Positions 61,540-64,000 of a DNA stretch of 64,000 nt are shown one piece after another. The position numbers and the translations under genes were made by a program. Under the pieces are notes generated by a model, which saw nothing but the letters and a program-made list of their open reading frames with translations, was not told where the DNA came from and searched no databases. How positions within the stretch are numbered: the stretch's first letter is position 1; every line of letters begins with the position of its first letter. This stretch comes from Dicyema japonicum (Eukaryota > Animalia > Dicyemida): contig RDEW01000036.1 in NCBI GenBank assembly GCA_011109175.1, positions 127,583-191,582 on the forward strand, in the 5' to 3' direction.

Positions 61540-64000
61540 TTGTTATTATGGCACTTTCACGAAAGCCATAATGTTTATAGCCCCATGTGCAACACTCAAA
61601 GAAACAATATTTATACAGTCAACCCTCTCTATAGTGAACAAAATGTCCACGTAAAAACACGATGTTCACTAATCTTCAATAGTGAACAAAAAATAGAACA
61701 AGGAATCAATAATAACAATAATAAAGTAATTACAAAAATAAATTAGATGCTTTTTTCATGTAATCGGATATTTTTTGTGAATGACTAGTATGATAATTTT
61801 TTTAAATTTTTTGTATTTCGTAAACTAATTTTCTTCTTTCATAATCATTATCAAGAAACCATAGTTCGAGCGCATTGGTATATTTATTAACTTCATATAG
61901 TGTCGGAACATGAATTTTTTCATCTTTCTCTTCAACATGCTGTTTTAGTTTCTCGAAAAGTTATGTATGAAGTTTTCACCATCAATTTGATTATTTTCAT
62001 GAATCATAAAATTTTTATCATCTTTTTCTTCTATTCCTGTCAGGTTCTGTATTAACTCATTTTCAAAAGCTTTCTTGAAACAATTTGTAATTGTAAATTG
62101 TGATATTTCAAGCCAAACTTGATTTATGATTATGAAAAAATTCTGATTTCCTTCTTTTAAAAAAATAATAAACGTTTTTGATTTTGTACTATGCTAACTA
62201 TTGTAAAACGTGTAATTTATTCATTTTAAATAATTTTGTATATACATATAAAATTATTAATTTATGTTCACAAACATTTGACGTTCTATTCTTTAATACT
62301 GAACACCAAAATATTTAAATAAATGATATACATTTTTAAAAGTGGTTTTCATTTTATAATTAATATATTAATGACAATTACTAATTTTCGTTATTGTGAA
62401 TTGCATTAATATGGCATGTTCACTATAGAGAGGGTTCATTATAGAGAGGATTGACTGTAGTTAGTCTTTTCCATCTTCCTCTGTCGAATGCGAGTGATCT
62501 CAATTCGTCCAGGTCGTCTCCCGTCTTTAGATTTTTTCTCACACGATTTAAGTCTTTGTTTAGGGCTGTCGAAAGTGTCGATCTAGGTCGTCCGCGGAAA
62601 AGTTTTTCGCATCTGTCAAAGTAATCTTCCATCGCTTTGTTAGCGGGTGCGTCCGGGTTCATTCTTAGTACATGCCCAAATTGCCTCCACCGGGCATCTA
62701 TCACATCTTCGCTAAGAAAACATACAGATACCAGTGGTTGATATTCTACGTGGCCACTCCATTCCGAGTAAGCTTCTTAGTTGCCTTCTATCGAACGAAT
62801 CCAGTTTTGATAGTTCTTTGAAGGAACTTCCCCATGTCCCAGCGTTATACAGTAGGATCGGTTTCACAAACGCGTTGTAAAGCCTGCATCTGATGTCAAC
62901 TCCAAGTCCTTTGGCCCTTAGCCATCCTTTCTTCAGTTTAGCCATTGCTGCATTTGCCAGTGTTTTCCTCCTTAGTACATCTTCAGCGTCTCCTAGTAGA
63001 GAGCCGAGCTTATTAGTACGTCTCCATCTTTCATGAGTAATATCGTCTTCTCTTTTGATTTCCGTAATTTCAGTTTTGTTAACATTTACGCTGAGAAACC
63101 ATTTTTCAAGCTCCGCAGGTGCATTTTCTAGCAGGTGTTGGAGTGCGGTCACATCCCGTGATACAAAATCCACATCATCCGCATAAGATGTCTCTTCTAT
63201 GTCTCCTATATAGCATTTACGGAGGTCGCGGAGTGCAGATTCAAGGTATATGGTGAATAGTAAAGGGGAGAGGGAATCACCCTGGGGTGTCCCAATCGTT
63301 GTTTTGAAACTGCGGGAAGTTGCTCCTTCTGTCCTCACAGATAGTCTTGTGTTCGCAAGTAGTGATCTGATTATCCTAACCGACGCACATTAATCAGTTT
63401 CTGTCTGTTTATTGAGTCGAAAGCTCTGGAGAGATCTATTCCCAACACGGTTGTTGCGCTCTTGAATCTTTGGTGCGTTGCGCAGCGCCATCTGTGGCTC
63501 CATACAATGTCTGCCGTAGACCTCCCTTCTCGGAACCCACTTTGACTTGCTGGTAGGTATAGATCCGCCACACCCTTTATCCGGCTTAGTGCAATGTTTG
63601 CCAGCACCTTGCGTATCGAATTCAGAAGTATTATCGGGCGGAGATTTTCTACTGGTCCTTTTGATTTGTTCGGTTTTTGTATGGGTATTAATAATCCATT
63701 TCCAAGTCCTAGATCGGTATTAGTTTCACAGACGTCATTTAGGGTTTTTGCAATTGTGTCGCTAAGTTTTTTTGGCCCATATTTTAGGAGCTCAGGGCTT
63801 ATGTTGTCCGGCCCAGCACTCTTGTTGTTCTTCAGTTTATTTATCGCTAATTCCACCTCTTCCACTGTGATTGGGATTTTTAGCCCCTTTGCTTCTCCTT
63901 GGAAAGGGGGAAAGTCATTATTTTCTTTATTCAACAGTGTTTCGAAGTGTCGTGCAATCAATTCTGCTTTTTCTTTCGGGTTACCCACGAATTTTCCATC
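61540..64000 (-). mobile_element. RTE-like non-LTR retrotransposon, best preserved copy (RT, two frameshifts, 5' part outside the window)
   Basis: NNKSAGPDNI, QSGFREGRSTAD, GIDLSRAFDSI, GTPQGDSLSPLLF, SYADDVDF, RLYNAFVKPILLYNAGTW, GRPRSTL; 3' UTR and tail continue left of the pogo element. Confidence 0.95.
61616..62457 (-). mobile_element. pogo/Tigger-like deleted element inserted in an RTE 3' end
   Basis: TA-cagtcaaccctctctatagtgaaca ... tatagagaggattgactg-TA; VWLEISQFTITNCFKKAF. Confidence 0.88.

Noticed and set aside
1-64000. Ciliate-type reassigned stop codons as the reason for short ORFs
   Set aside because: Spliced genes read cleanly in the standard code and end at TAA or TGA.

Overview
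AT-rich eukaryotic, almost certainly animal, genomic DNA with one assembly gap (11425-12286). The real genes are largely invisible in the ORF track because they are cut by miniature GT-AG introns of about 22-30 nt. Splicing these by eye restores continuous frames for VPS36 (ESCRT-II), three dispersed tetraspanin paralogs (35.2, 47.1 and 58.4 kb), and a divergently oriented pair of lineage-specific genes that share a promoter and N-terminus but have unrelated C-termini. An LRR-like gene with a possible BC-box and a RING-finger gene are only partly resolved. Tiny introns at ancestral animal tetraspanin positions suggest a highly reduced parasitic animal such as a dicyemid mesozoan; this is inference, not an identification. 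The 1-2.5 kb gene islands sit in a dense patchwork of fragmented, nested transposons: RTE-like, CRE-like, R4/Dong-like and Jockey/I-like non-LTR elements, hAT elements with 8-bp TSDs, pogo/Tigger, Tc1 and IS630-like elements, and a ~93-bp satellite. The most interesting signals are: (1) a covarying 3'-terminal pseudoknot shared by several retroelement ends; (2) tetraspanin cassettes whose extracellular loop diverges faster than their introns; (3) a circularly permuted, terminally redundant retroelement fragment together with scrambled near-identical local copies; (4) the shared-head, different-tail gene pair. All gene models and element family calls were made by eye, without database searches.
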